DNA from: a virus
Lineage: Duplodnaviria; Caudoviricetes
Strand: one strand, 5' to 3'
DNA: 44,928 bases
IMG/VR virus record: IMGVR_UViG_3300011441_000017
Span: 1-44,928 of that record
The position numbers were made by a program, and so were the translations under genes. Numbering within the stretch: position 1 is the stretch's first letter; each line of letters opens with the position of its first letter. Positions 1 to 7,902 of this stretch are shown here, piece by piece. The notes below the pieces were generated by a model, which saw nothing but the letters and a program-made list of their open reading frames with translations, was not told the DNA's origin and did not search any database.

Positions 1-716
1 CCGTTCTCGTACGCTTCACGCAGGCCCGTCGTGAGGTAATCCGCCGGGTACTTCTTGGTCCATCCCTTGACGCTCGCGAATGCGAGCGTCAAGGCGGCCC
101 AGGCGGCCCTGGCGGCCCAGGCGGCCCAGGCGGCCCAGGCGGCCCAGGCGTCCCAGGCGTCCCAGGCGGCCCAGGCGGCCCAGGCGTCCCAGGCGGCCCT
201 GGCGGCCGCCTCCCGTTGGTCGGCGGTCACGGTGCCGTTCGCCTCAGCGTTCAACGCTGTCGCGACCACGTCGATGTAGCCACGAATCTCCTCGTCGTCC
301 GTCGCGAGTCGGACCCCGAATTCCTCATGCGCAAGTCCGAACCACAGGATGCGCGCGAGGACACGGTCGTCGATGACGGCGCCGACGGGGATCGCCTCCG
401 CGAAGCGACGCGGCCAGGTGCGGCTCAACGCGTCAGGGAGTTGCTCGAAGACGTGATCCTCGAGGTAGGCCAGCCATATCGGCAGCCCGAGCTCCGCCTC
501 GTAGCGCGCGTGATCGCCCGTGCGCCAATCGTCGTCAGCCGTGCGCCCCTGCAACACGTTCAACGAGTGCAGCGAACACCCGACCGCGCAGCCCTTGAAC
601 TGCGCGCCAACCATCTCACCGTAGGTGCCTTTAAGGAGGGCGTCCTGTTCCTCGTGCCAGGTGATTTGCGCAAGGAAGTCGCGCTTGAGATCCGGGTTCG
701 CGAGATACGTCAGCAT
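1..716 (-). CDS. Phage hypothetical protein with A-W/R-A/D low-complexity repeat, truncated by the left window edge
   Basis: Not in the ORF track because there is no stop in the window. Read manually: ATG at 716 after AAAGGA; MLTYLANPDLKRDFLAQITWHEEQD...KGCAVGCSLH...HARYEAELGLPIWLAYLEDHVFE...AARAAWDAWAAWAAWDAW...; open to position 1. Confidence 0.8.
   Translation of the reverse strand, partial: MLTYLANPDLKRDFLAQITWHEEQDALLKGTYGEMVGAQFKGCAVGCSLHSLNVLQGRTADDDWRTGDHARYEAELGLPIWLAYLEDHVFEQLPDALSRTWPRRFAEAIPVGAVIDDRVLARILWFGLAHEEFGVRLATDDEEIRGYIDVVATALNAEANGTVTADQREAAARAAWDAWAAWAAWDAWDAWAAWAAWAAWAARAAWAALTLAFASVKGWTKKYPADYLTTGLREAYEN
65..94. repeat. Perfect 13-bp inverted repeat with 4-nt loop (hairpin/cruciform)
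   Basis: ccttgacgctcgc (65-77) - gaat - gcgagcgtcaagg (82-94). Confidence 0.9.
92..208. repeat. 9-bp tandem repeat, about 13 units, consensus (a/t)ggcg(g/t)ccc
   Basis: Units start at 92, 101, 110 ... 200; they encode Ala-Trp/Arg-Ala/Asp on the minus strand. Confidence 0.95.
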
Positions 717-729
717 CACAATCCTTTCG

Positions 730-1077
730 TTACCAGAAGGCCGCGTAGCTGGCGGCAATCCACACGCTCACCCGCAGATTTTTTGTTTTCACACTTTGCC
801 GCCGCGCTCGGGCGTACGGCACGGGCTGTACGACCAAGCCCCGGTTGACGAGATCGTTTCGACGGGCCGAACAGATGTGCGCCTGCCAGCCGAGCGCCTT
901 CTCCACTTCCGCATCAGTGACGCCGAGGGCGCCGCGCGATTCGATGAAACGCAACAGCACCGCACAGTCGTCGGCGGCCGTCCGCTCGGCGAACACGGCG
1001 GCCTCGTAGGAGGACTGCGCCGCCGCCGGCGTGGTCCCTCCCCAAGCGAGGCCGAGTTGCCGCGTTCGTCCGTGCAT
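730..1077 (-). CDS. Small winged-helix/HTH-like DNA-binding protein
   Basis: GVTDAEVEKALGWQAHICSARRNDLVNRGLV resembles a wHTH; start overlaps the upstream stop. Confidence 0.6.
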   Translation of the reverse strand: MHGRTRQLGLAWGGTTPAAAQSSYEAAVFAERTAADDCAVLLRFIESRGALGVTDAEVEKALGWQAHICSARRNDLVNRGLVVQPVPYARARRQSVKTKNLRVSVWIAASYAAFW

Positions 1078-1508
1078 CAGAACGGGCTGCCCGATCCGTC
1101 GTCCCGACTGTGGTGCTCGGTCTTATGGAACTCGCTGCCGACGTAGCCCTCGCTGGCCAGGCTCGCCTCTTCCCGCCGACCCTTCGGCAAGCACGTCCGG
1201 CAGTACGCAAACTTCTCGATCACGTGCCCTCCCTCCAGCACCCGCGGCGGGGACAGGAAGGGGCGCTCGCAGGACGTGCACACGGCGCGGACCTGGCCGT
1301 CGTCGTGCCCGAGCACCGGCATGAAGTCCGACGCGCGGCCCCAGATCTTCCCAGCGCGTTTGTCCGGCCCCTCGGTCAGCACCACACCCCAGAACCGTTC
1401 GCCGGTCTGCCGATTCGTGTGGCGCCGGGCGAATCCCTGGTTGCCGCGCTGGTCGACGACGCGGTCGCCTTCCACGAAGCGCTCGACGGCGTCGACGTCA
1501 CGCGGCAC
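1077..1508 (-). CDS. Hypothetical protein with C-terminal Zn-ribbon
   Basis: GTG start after GGAGG; CTSC...CRTC. Confidence 0.65.
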   Translation of the reverse strand: MPRDVDAVERFVEGDRVVDQRGNQGFARRHTNRQTGERFWGVVLTEGPDKRAGKIWGRASDFMPVLGHDDGQVRAVCTSCERPFLSPPRVLEGGHVIEKFAYCRTCLPKGRREEASLASEGYVGSEFHKTEHHSRDDGSGSPF

Positions 1509-1567
1509 GGCGCCCCCTCCGTTCTTTTCGAATGGGAACTATATACTTGACTCCCGCGCATAACAAT

Positions 1568-1783
1568 TCACCTCGTCAGGTCGCGCAAGGTGCCCAGCTC
1601 GTGGAGCAAGGACCGCACGGCGGCCCCTGCCCACATAGCCAACTGTCGCGCCTTCTCCGGCGTCAGGTCCGGATCGCGGCTCCAGTCATCCGTGAGCCGC
1701 TGAACGATAGCAGCGCGCACGTCATCGCCGATGTCATGCCGCCCGTCCCCCTTCGGCACTGGCACGGGTTCCCAGCGGTCCAT
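1568..1783 (-). CDS. IS passenger hypothetical protein
   Basis: ATG at 1783 (MDRWEPVPVPKG...) preceded by AAGGAG, 1 nt after the upstream stop. Confidence 0.55.
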   Translation of the reverse strand: MDRWEPVPVPKGDGRHDIGDDVRAAIVQRLTDDWSRDPDLTPEKARQLAMWAGAAVRSLLHELGTLRDLTR

Positions 1784-1784
1784 G

Positions 1785-1925
1785 TCACTTCTCCTTGGCT
1801 TGCTGCTTTTGCAGAATGGTCCGTCGGCGCTTACGCTGGCGCGCTGGTTCGCTTTTGGCCTTCGGACGGTAACGCAGCACAGTGTCTGCAATGGCGTCCA
1901 GCGCCTGCTGTTCCTTGGGTTTCAT
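1785..1925 (-). CDS. Small basic IS-associated protein (46 aa)
   Basis: Read manually: MKPKEQQALDAIADTVLRYRPKAKSEPARQRKRRRTILQKQQAKEK; ATGA overlap with the upstream ORF. Confidence 0.6.
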   Translation of the reverse strand: MKPKEQQALDAIADTVLRYRPKAKSEPARQRKRRRTILQKQQAKEK

Positions 1926-2269
1926 CTTCCCTCCGCGTTGGTGATGATCGCGTCGAGATCGCCTACAGCCTGCGCCAGCTTGTGCTCGGCGTCGGTCATT
2001 CGCGTCGAATAGCCTCCCTGCTCTGGCAAATATCCGGCCGTCTTCTGATAGCTCACCACCACATCACGAGACGCCTTCAGCGCAGCCAGCAGCTCGTCGC
2101 GCTGCGCCTTCAGATCGAAAGCCCTGACGCCAAGGCCTTGCGCCACCTCCTGCCACCAGTCACGGCTGTCAGGAACAGGCTTCTGTCGGTGCGCCGTAAC
2201 GAGCTGCTGGAGCGTAGACCCTTCCAGCTCGGTAAAGGCCAATCTCTCAAGCTGTTCTGGTGTCGGCAT
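1922..2269 (-). CDS. IS passenger hypothetical protein
   Basis: 115 aa; starts immediately after the transposase stop, GGAGG upstream. Confidence 0.65.
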   Translation of the reverse strand: MPTPEQLERLAFTELEGSTLQQLVTAHRQKPVPDSRDWWQEVAQGLGVRAFDLKAQRDELLAALKASRDVVVSYQKTAGYLPEQGGYSTRMTDAEHKLAQAVGDLDAIITNAEGR

Positions 2270-3217
2270 TCAGTTACCCTCCGGGACTGCAATCAAGTCC
2301 TTGTAAGTGAGACGCTTTTGCGCCATACCGTCGATGAACGAATCGAGCCGGTCCAGCGTCGGCCTAGCCACGTTCCCGTCGTTCAGGCGGAACGCGAACT
2401 CATCGACGTAGCGGCCGGTGTGCTTCGGCGTGATGTGGTGGTAGACGCCGATGATCCCGCGCTTCAGGACCGCGAAGGCGCTCTCGACACTGTTCGTGGT
2501 GACATCCTTCCGGCGGTACTGGCGCAGGCCGTGGTTGATGGAGTCGTGCCGGTAGAACAGGCCGTCAAGGTCCGCGTAGACCGGCGCTTCGTCCGTGTGC
2601 AGATGCGAGCCGAGTTCGATGTTGCTGTAGATGGCGTGCCGGATCGCCTCCGTCGTCGGGTTCTCCATCGTCAGCGCCTTCAGCCGTCCGCCGCGCTCAC
2701 GCATCCCAAGAACAGGCGTCTTACCGACTGGCCCGCGTCCGAGGTTCAGCTTCTTGTTCTTGTGTTTGTTCCGTTCCTTGCCGCCGATGTACGTCTCATC
2801 GATTTCGATGATGCCCTGGAGCTTGCCAAGGTCCTTCCCGCACGCCTCCCGGAGCCGGTGCAGCAGGAACCACGCCGACTTCTGGGTAACACCGATCTGC
2901 TTGGAGAGCTGAAGGCTGGAGATACCCTTGCGGGCGGTGACGAGCAGGTACATCGCGTACAGCCACTTGTGCAACGGGATGTGGCTGCGCTCCATGACCG
3001 TGCCCGTGCGAACCGTGAAGTCCTCGGCGCACTGGTTACAGCGGTAGTAGCCGCCGCCCCGCTCCGTGATGCGCTCGCCAAGGCCGCAGACCGGGCACGC
3101 CGGGCCGTTCGGCCAGAGCCGACCTTCAAAGTAGATTCGCGCCGAGTCGACATCAGGAAACCGCTCAAACAGATCGAATGTGCTGATTACCGATTTCGTC
3201 GGGTTGGCTTTTGGCAT
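2270..3217 (-). CDS. IS1595-family (ISXO2-like) DDE transposase
   Basis: Zn finger CPVC...CNQC, HTH, IEIDETYIGG, LHTDE, TTNSVES, RYVDEFAFRLN; probable start MPKANP at 3217. Confidence 0.93.
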   Translation of the reverse strand: MPKANPTKSVISTFDLFERFPDVDSARIYFEGRLWPNGPACPVCGLGERITERGGGYYRCNQCAEDFTVRTGTVMERSHIPLHKWLYAMYLLVTARKGISSLQLSKQIGVTQKSAWFLLHRLREACGKDLGKLQGIIEIDETYIGGKERNKHKNKKLNLGRGPVGKTPVLGMRERGGRLKALTMENPTTEAIRHAIYSNIELGSHLHTDEAPVYADLDGLFYRHDSINHGLRQYRRKDVTTNSVESAFAVLKRGIIGVYHHITPKHTGRYVDEFAFRLNDGNVARPTLDRLDSFIDGMAQKRLTYKDLIAVPEGN

Positions 3218-3218
3218 G

Positions 3219-3431
3219 TCAGAGCACCTGATGACAGCGACCGCAATACTTCCAGCCGTCCACGTCGTAGGGTGTGTCATCGTCCTCTCCGTGCAGATAG
3301 CCGCCTTCCGGATTGTCGTGCGGTTTCTTCTGGCACGTGCGGCCGTGGACGATGGCGCCGGCCTGCATCTTCATGGCTTCAGAGACGCCAATACCGTGTC
3401 TGCGCTGTAGCGATTGAAGCGATTCGGTCAT
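3219..3431 (-). CDS. IS passenger hypothetical protein with Cys/His motif
   Basis: 70 aa; CQKKPH...H...CGRCH; ATGA-coupled to the upstream ORF. Confidence 0.55.
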   Translation of the reverse strand: MTESLQSLQRRHGIGVSEAMKMQAGAIVHGRTCQKKPHDNPEGGYLHGEDDDTPYDVDGWKYCGRCHQVL

Positions 3432-3718
3432 CGCGCCAACCTCGCGGCGCGGCGGATGTGCGCAAATCCGTCAGCCTGTTCCCGCTTGGCGCGGTCGTAA
3501 CCCGCAGCCAGTTGCAGGAGCGAACCAGCAGCCATCCATACCGGCTCACCCGCGTTGAACCACGATACGAGCTTGCCGTGGGCGGACTCTACGCCAGCCA
3601 CGGACGCGCCGTGACGGATGGCCGTCAGTTCAACGGAGTGCAGCCAGATGTGCATGGGCATGGTGGCCTTGGTGCCGTTCCCGGAGCCGTCAACGCAGGA
3701 AGCAGAAGTGATAATCAT
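3428..3718 (-). CDS. First IS passenger ORF (leaderless; also in frame with the interrupted phage gene)
   Basis: ATG at 3718, 7 nt after the TAGAAT box. Confidence 0.5.
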   Translation of the reverse strand: MIITSASCVDGSGNGTKATMPMHIWLHSVELTAIRHGASVAGVESAHGKLVSWFNAGEPVWMAAGSLLQLAAGYDRAKREQADGFAHIRRAARLAR

Positions 3719-3725
3719 GAACAGA

Positions 3726-3754
3726 ATTCTACACCTACCAGTCAAGGGAGTCAA
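3726..3754 (-). promoter_or_regulatory. Sigma70-like inward promoter overlapping the IS TIR
   Basis: TTGACT (3754-3749), 17-nt spacer, TAGAAT (3731-3726). Confidence 0.7.
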
Positions 3755-3767
3755 GTATATAGTTCCC

Positions 3768-4222
3768 TTTCGAATGCGTTCCGCTGCCTGTTTCCAGTTC
3801 TTGTCCGGGGGTGGGACGATGATCTCGAGCTCCGCCGGCGCCCAATCCAGCATCCAGGAGATCAGCTCGCTCATTTCCTCGACGGTGAACCCCTTGATCG
3901 TCGTCACGCTGGGAATCTGGTGGCCACCGGGACCGGTGATGTAGCCGTACTTCTCGCCGAGCATGGCCAGGTCCGCTTGCTTCTCGGTCATCCCGCAGTG
4001 TTCAGCGACGAGCACGCAGGGGACAGCCTTCCAGTACTTCACCTGCTCCCAGGTCTTCGAGCGATGCGCCCGCTCTTCCTCAATCGTGACGATGACCGCG
4101 GTGCCGACCCCGAGCGCATTGACGAAGCGCATGTACGTCGCCTGACTGTCGAACTTCAGGCGGTGACGATGCCCCTCGTCGACGATGGTGGCCGCGAGCG
4201 AGAGCGAGGTCAGCGGTTCCAT
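3768..4222 (-). CDS. NinB/DUF1367-like recombination accessory protein, interrupted near its 3' end by the IS
   Basis: RSKTWEQVKYW...IPSVTTIKGFTVEEMSELISWMLDWA...IIVPPPD resembles this family; removing the IS restores the ending ERIRKERRGRRAA-stop. Confidence 0.6.
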
Positions 4223-4224
4223 CG

Positions 4225-4908
4225 CTACCGCGTCGAGGCCGCGATCTTCTCGGGGTAGACTTCGACGCCCGCGATCCGGGCACCGCCCTTCAACGCGCGG
4301 ACGACGCCGCCGATCTTGATCTCGTCGACTTTCTTGTATTGGTCAGGGACCTTACTGGAGTCCACGATGCGGAACTTCCAGACTTCCCGGAAGCTGACGC
4401 CGCTCACCTTTGGTGTGCTCTTCGCCACGACGACGGTGGGGGTCTGGATAGGCGCAGCGAACATCTCCTCGGCTTCGGCTCGAAGCAGCTCGTCATCGGT
4501 CTCTGCCGCCTGGAGCTCGAGCGCGGCGGCCTCCTCCAACCGCCGCTGCTCTTCCTGGCGCCGGGCCTCATCGCGCAGACGCTGTTCTTCGGCGCGGCGG
4601 ATCCGCTCCTGCGCGTCGTCGTAGGCCACCAGCGCGCGCTTGAGGATGGTCTCGGCTTCAGAGAGCGGCGCCTCGGCGTCCTGTTTCTCCTTGCAGAGCG
4701 CGCGGTGTGCGTCGAAGGCGCGTTTAATGTGGGGGTCGAAGGTCTCGCCGATCTTCTGCCGCAGGGCCTTGATCCCCTTCAGCAGCTCGGCGGCCGCGGT
4801 ATACGTGACGCCGTCGGTGACGAGCGTCGCGCGCGCGCGGTCCGGCCAGGCGAGGGCCTCAGACTTCACGCCGTCGGCGTTCATGGGCTCGATCGTCGTC
4901 GGGGTCAT
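4225..4908 (-). CDS. Coiled-coil phage protein of the recombination module
   Basis: ATG at 4908 after GAGG; E/R/A-rich coil; C-terminal WKFRIVDSSKVPDQYKKVDEIKIG...IAGVEVY. Confidence 0.75.
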   Translation of the reverse strand: MTPTTIEPMNADGVKSEALAWPDRARATLVTDGVTYTAAAELLKGIKALRQKIGETFDPHIKRAFDAHRALCKEKQDAEAPLSEAETILKRALVAYDDAQERIRRAEEQRLRDEARRQEEQRRLEEAAALELQAAETDDELLRAEAEEMFAAPIQTPTVVVAKSTPKVSGVSFREVWKFRIVDSSKVPDQYKKVDEIKIGGVVRALKGGARIAGVEVYPEKIAASTR

Positions 4909-5501
4909 CGCAACCTCTTGGCTTGCACGACCGTGATCGCGGCCTGGGCGATCTGCCAGTCGATGCGCTCTTTGAACGGTTTGGGCTGATAGGTCCCGTC
5001 CGCGGCGAGATAGACGACCACTCGGTCGACCAGCCCGGAGACGAAGCCGTTGACGCGGGCGAGGTGCTCGTACCACGCCGACTGATAGCGGTGCCACGGC
5101 TCGTAACTGCCGGTCTTCCAGTCGACGAGCGTGTCGCGCGTGCCGATCTTCCCGATGACGTCCGGCTTCCCGGCGATGCCGCGGACCAGGCACCCGAGTG
5201 GGAGCTCGACATGGAGCACGGACAGGTTGACGTCGCGCACGTAGGCGCGGGCGGCGTCGAGATACCCGCCGAGGTCCGGGTCGATCGTGGTGTCGTCGAG
5301 ATCGCCATCGAGGTCCATGTGGACCATCTCGTGCACGTAGGTGCCACGCAGCCTGGCCTCTTCGGTGTAATGGCTGGCGTCGATCAGGCCGACGGACTTG
5401 AGCGTGGACGTGCACCCGTCCAACTCGCGCCCGTCCTCAGCCCAGTACCGATGGGCCTCGTCCAGCCGGACGCCGACGTGCAGAGCCGCGGCGCCGCTCA
5501 A
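4905..5501 (-). CDS. PD-(D/E)XK exonuclease-like protein
   Basis: RGTYVHE...E...GKPD...LVDWKTG...YQSAWY. Confidence 0.8.
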   Translation of the reverse strand: MSGAAALHVGVRLDEAHRYWAEDGRELDGCTSTLKSVGLIDASHYTEEARLRGTYVHEMVHMDLDGDLDDTTIDPDLGGYLDAARAYVRDVNLSVLHVELPLGCLVRGIAGKPDVIGKIGTRDTLVDWKTGSYEPWHRYQSAWYEHLARVNGFVSGLVDRVVVYLAADGTYQPKPFKERIDWQIAQAAITVVQAKRLR

Positions 5502-6508
5502 CCCTCTTCTCCGGGCTGACGGGTGTCGCCTGATTCGGCGGCCGCCTGCGCGTCAAGTTCGGCCTCTGACGCAGCGGGCGCGGTGACGATGTCGACGACC
5601 GGCGGCTGCCAGACGGTCAGCTTCTTCAAGTCGGGACCGTACTTCCCGGTCGCGAACTCGATCGACACCGGCGTCTTGGCTGCGATGTACTTCCGGGCCG
5701 TGTCGGCGTCCGTCTCGCTGAACGTGCCGAACTTGCGGCCGGCCGAGTCCATGATCGTGAACTTCGTGAACGGCTCTCCGTTCGCCTTCGTGCCACCCTT
5801 GGAGTCCACCTTGACGAGCCGTACGACTCCCTCCGGCAACGGCCCGGTGTAGGCCGCGCCCGCCGCTGAGCGCCGCTGAGGGGCCTGCATCGTGCGCCGC
5901 TGGCCGTTCTCGTCCTCGGTAACGATGGGCCGCAGCTCCTCCGGCAGATCCTCGATGTCCTGGGCGAACACGTCCGACGCCGCCGTGACGGTCAGCGTCA
6001 TGTCGATCTGGGCCCGCTTCTTCGCCATCTTTAGGATGGTGTTGGCGACATCGGCAGGATTCGTGCGGACTTGCTTCACCTTGTACGGGCCGTCGCGCCC
6101 TTTCTTCCAGACGTCGCGCCGCATATCCTCCGGCGTCTCGTCGAACTCCTCTTGGCAGACCGCGGCGCGCCAGCGGTACTTCTCCTCGTTCGAGGAGCAC
6201 TCGCCTACGCCGGCGCCGAGGAACGCGCCCGTCGCCTGGTGCACGGCCTTCGCACGGACGCGGAACCGCGCCTCGTCACCGGGGATGGAGAGATCTTCGA
6301 CTTCAGGGTCGCAGCCGATGCGGAACGTGCTCAAGATCTTCTCGGAGCCAGCCTTGTAGAGCGTCGGTTTCGGCGTCCCGGGGATCGTCCCGAAGTGCGT
6401 CCCGTCCTTCATGACGGCGCGCATGACTTCCTGAATCAGGTTGACCTGGGCGCGGATCTCAACGGCCGTCAGATTGCCGCTGGGCGCGAGCTCGAGCGCG
6501 GTACTCAC
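5498..6508 (-). CDS. Putative single-strand annealing recombinase with C-terminal OB-like domain
   Basis: GTG at 6508 after GGAGGT; KPTLYKAGSE, GVGECSSNE, ANTILKMAKKRA; adjacent exonuclease; acidic tail RQPGEEG. Confidence 0.65.
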   Translation of the reverse strand: MSTALELAPSGNLTAVEIRAQVNLIQEVMRAVMKDGTHFGTIPGTPKPTLYKAGSEKILSTFRIGCDPEVEDLSIPGDEARFRVRAKAVHQATGAFLGAGVGECSSNEEKYRWRAAVCQEEFDETPEDMRRDVWKKGRDGPYKVKQVRTNPADVANTILKMAKKRAQIDMTLTVTAASDVFAQDIEDLPEELRPIVTEDENGQRRTMQAPQRRSAAGAAYTGPLPEGVVRLVKVDSKGGTKANGEPFTKFTIMDSAGRKFGTFSETDADTARKYIAAKTPVSIEFATGKYGPDLKKLTVWQPPVVDIVTAPAASEAELDAQAAAESGDTRQPGEEG

Positions 6509-6828
6509 TGCCCACCTCCCGCCGGCACGCAGGGACAGATCCCGCCACGAATCAACCCGGCAGAACGCACCCACCGATGGACCCGCTCGACGCCGAATTC
6601 ATCGCAGAGCGCATCGATCAGGAATCGGGCATTGTCCGAGCGGTTGTCGTCGTCGAGCTCGGCGATCACGGCCGCGCGATCTAGATGGAGTTGAGCCTTC
6701 GCGGCCGCGCGTGTCTCCTCGGTTTCCGGATAGTCCGGACGTACAGGGAGACGGAGGACGCGATGGTCGCGGGGATCGTGCGGTGGCATTGGCGCATCTG
6801 GCGATTCGGTGTATCCTGATGTCTGCAT
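6505..6828 (-). CDS. Hypothetical protein
   Basis: ATG at 6828 after GAAAGGG; stop overlaps the next GTG. Confidence 0.55.
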   Translation of the reverse strand: MQTSGYTESPDAPMPPHDPRDHRVLRLPVRPDYPETEETRAAAKAQLHLDRAAVIAELDDDNRSDNARFLIDALCDEFGVERVHRWVRSAGLIRGGICPCVPAGGGQ

Positions 6829-6846
6829 CTGAACCCTTTCGTCGTG

Positions 6847-6875
6847 GAGCCCGGTTGCCGCCGGGCTCTTTCTCT
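6847..6875 (+). terminator. GC hairpin with T-rich tail on the + strand (terminator-like)
   Basis: gagcccgg-ttgccg-ccgggctc followed by tttctct. Confidence 0.4.
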
Positions 6876-6888
6876 GTACCGCACTCGG

Positions 6889-7022
6889 TGGAGTCCGGCG
6901 ATCCGGTTCGTGATCCCCTTCGCGGAGTTGGGCCTGGTCGCACACAGCGCCGAATGAACCCAAGGCATCGCGTCCCGATACCTGACCGCGTCTCCCGGCT
7001 CTCAGGGTCTCGCCGGACTCCA
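6889..7022 (-). ncRNA. Candidate structured RNA of about 135 nt
   Basis: Perfect 13-bp closing stem (6889-6901/7010-7022) plus internal stems whose G.U pairs form only on the minus strand; intergenic under my start assignments. Confidence 0.35.
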
Positions 7023-7024
7023 AC

Positions 7025-7477
7025 TCAATTCCGTTTCTCCCGCCCGTCTTCTCCAGCCTGATGCGAGTGGATGAACACCGGCATGCACTCCGGTTGCTGC
7101 TGCGCCACGGCGAGAGCGGTGTCCAGCAACGCCCGGCATTCGATGGCCCGCTGCACGGCGGGCACCGGGTTGGCGAATTGCGACGACACCGACGTGTCGT
7201 CTTTCACGCACCCTGTCCCGCGGCCCAGATCCCCACCGACGGAATTGCCGGCGCCGGGTAGGCGTCCACGGGAGGACAGCGGCCTAGGCACATCGCTGTC
7301 GGTGCGATCCCCAACGACGCTGCGGAGGTGTGCAGTGTCGGCGGCGTCGCAAACCCTTCTCATCCGGTCCCATGCCGATAGCTTCTTCAGGTCCCGCGGC
7401 GTGATCAGGCCCCTGCGGAGCAGGACGTAGCGCACCGCGAGCAGGAGGACAGCGGATGCGAGGGACCAGGCGATCAC
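7025..7477 (-). CDS. Hypothetical protein with N-terminal hydrophobic segment
   Basis: GTG at 7477 after GGAGG, overlapping the upstream TGA. Confidence 0.5.
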   Translation of the reverse strand: MIAWSLASAVLLLAVRYVLLRRGLITPRDLKKLSAWDRMRRVCDAADTAHLRSVVGDRTDSDVPRPLSSRGRLPGAGNSVGGDLGRGTGCVKDDTSVSSQFANPVPAVQRAIECRALLDTALAVAQQQPECMPVFIHSHQAGEDGREKRN

Positions 7478-7560
7478 TGGAACCCTCCGAGCAACACGAG
7501 GCACGCCCACCCGCAGACGAACAGGAACACCGCCATCCCGATCTCCTGCGCCTTGATCAT
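7474..7560 (-). CDS. Small membrane peptide (28 aa)
   Basis: MIKAQEIGMAVFLFVCGWACLVLLGGFQ; start/stop overlaps at both ends. Confidence 0.45.
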   Translation of the reverse strand: MIKAQEIGMAVFLFVCGWACLVLLGGFQ

Positions 7561-7817
7561 CGCCTTCGCTCCCGTCTCAAGACCCGCGGCACGTCCCCGT
7601 ACCGTTCCGCCATCACGATCTCGCCGTAGGTCACGTCGCCCTTCCAGGCCAACTGCTCCAGATAGGCCCGATACGACGGATAGATGCCCACCCACGGTTG
7701 CGGCGGCGCCGGTGGCAGCAGCGGCCGGCGCGCCATGAGCAGGAGCGCCCCCAGGAACATCCGCCGTGTTACCACCAGAGCCAGCCGCCGACGCATCCAG
7801 CCACGACGAGGACACAC
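7557..7817 (-). CDS. Hypothetical protein
   Basis: Fits the coupled early-gene chain; start uncertain. Confidence 0.4.
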   Translation of the reverse strand: MCPRRGWMRRRLALVVTRRMFLGALLLMARRPLLPPAPPQPWVGIYPSYRAYLEQLAWKGDVTYGEIVMAERYGDVPRVLRRERRR

Positions 7818-7902
7818 GCGGCGACGCCGTAGAGCACGATCGACATCCGGCGATCCGCTTCCTCGGACTCCACGCGGTTCGCGGTTTCAAATTCAAGGAC
7901 AG

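Larger units (their letters stand above)
1534..3767 (-). mobile_element. IS1595-family element with passenger genes, 2234 bp
   Basis: Perfect 22-bp TIRs gggaactatatacttgactccc (1534-1555) and gggagtcaagtatatagttccc (3746-3767); 8-bp TSD tttcgaat at 1526-1533 and 3768-3775; intact transposase inside. Confidence 0.95.

Noticed and set aside
92-208. CRISPR array or complete DGR
   Set aside because: No spacers between the units; no cas genes, reverse transcriptase or template repeat in the window
55-376. Plus-strand ORFs with AAQ or RRP repeats
   Set aside because: Alternative frames of the 9-bp repeat; the minus-strand ORF 716 to <1 has an RBS, fits operon direction and gives a more plausible protein
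1532-4258. 908-aa plus-strand ORF spanning the IS
   Set aside because: Antisense shadow of the transposase and neighbours in GC-rich DNA; no recognisable motifs, although it is unusually long
4905-5501. Cas4 call
   Set aside because: PD-(D/E)XK nuclease without the four-Cys cluster, in a recombination context
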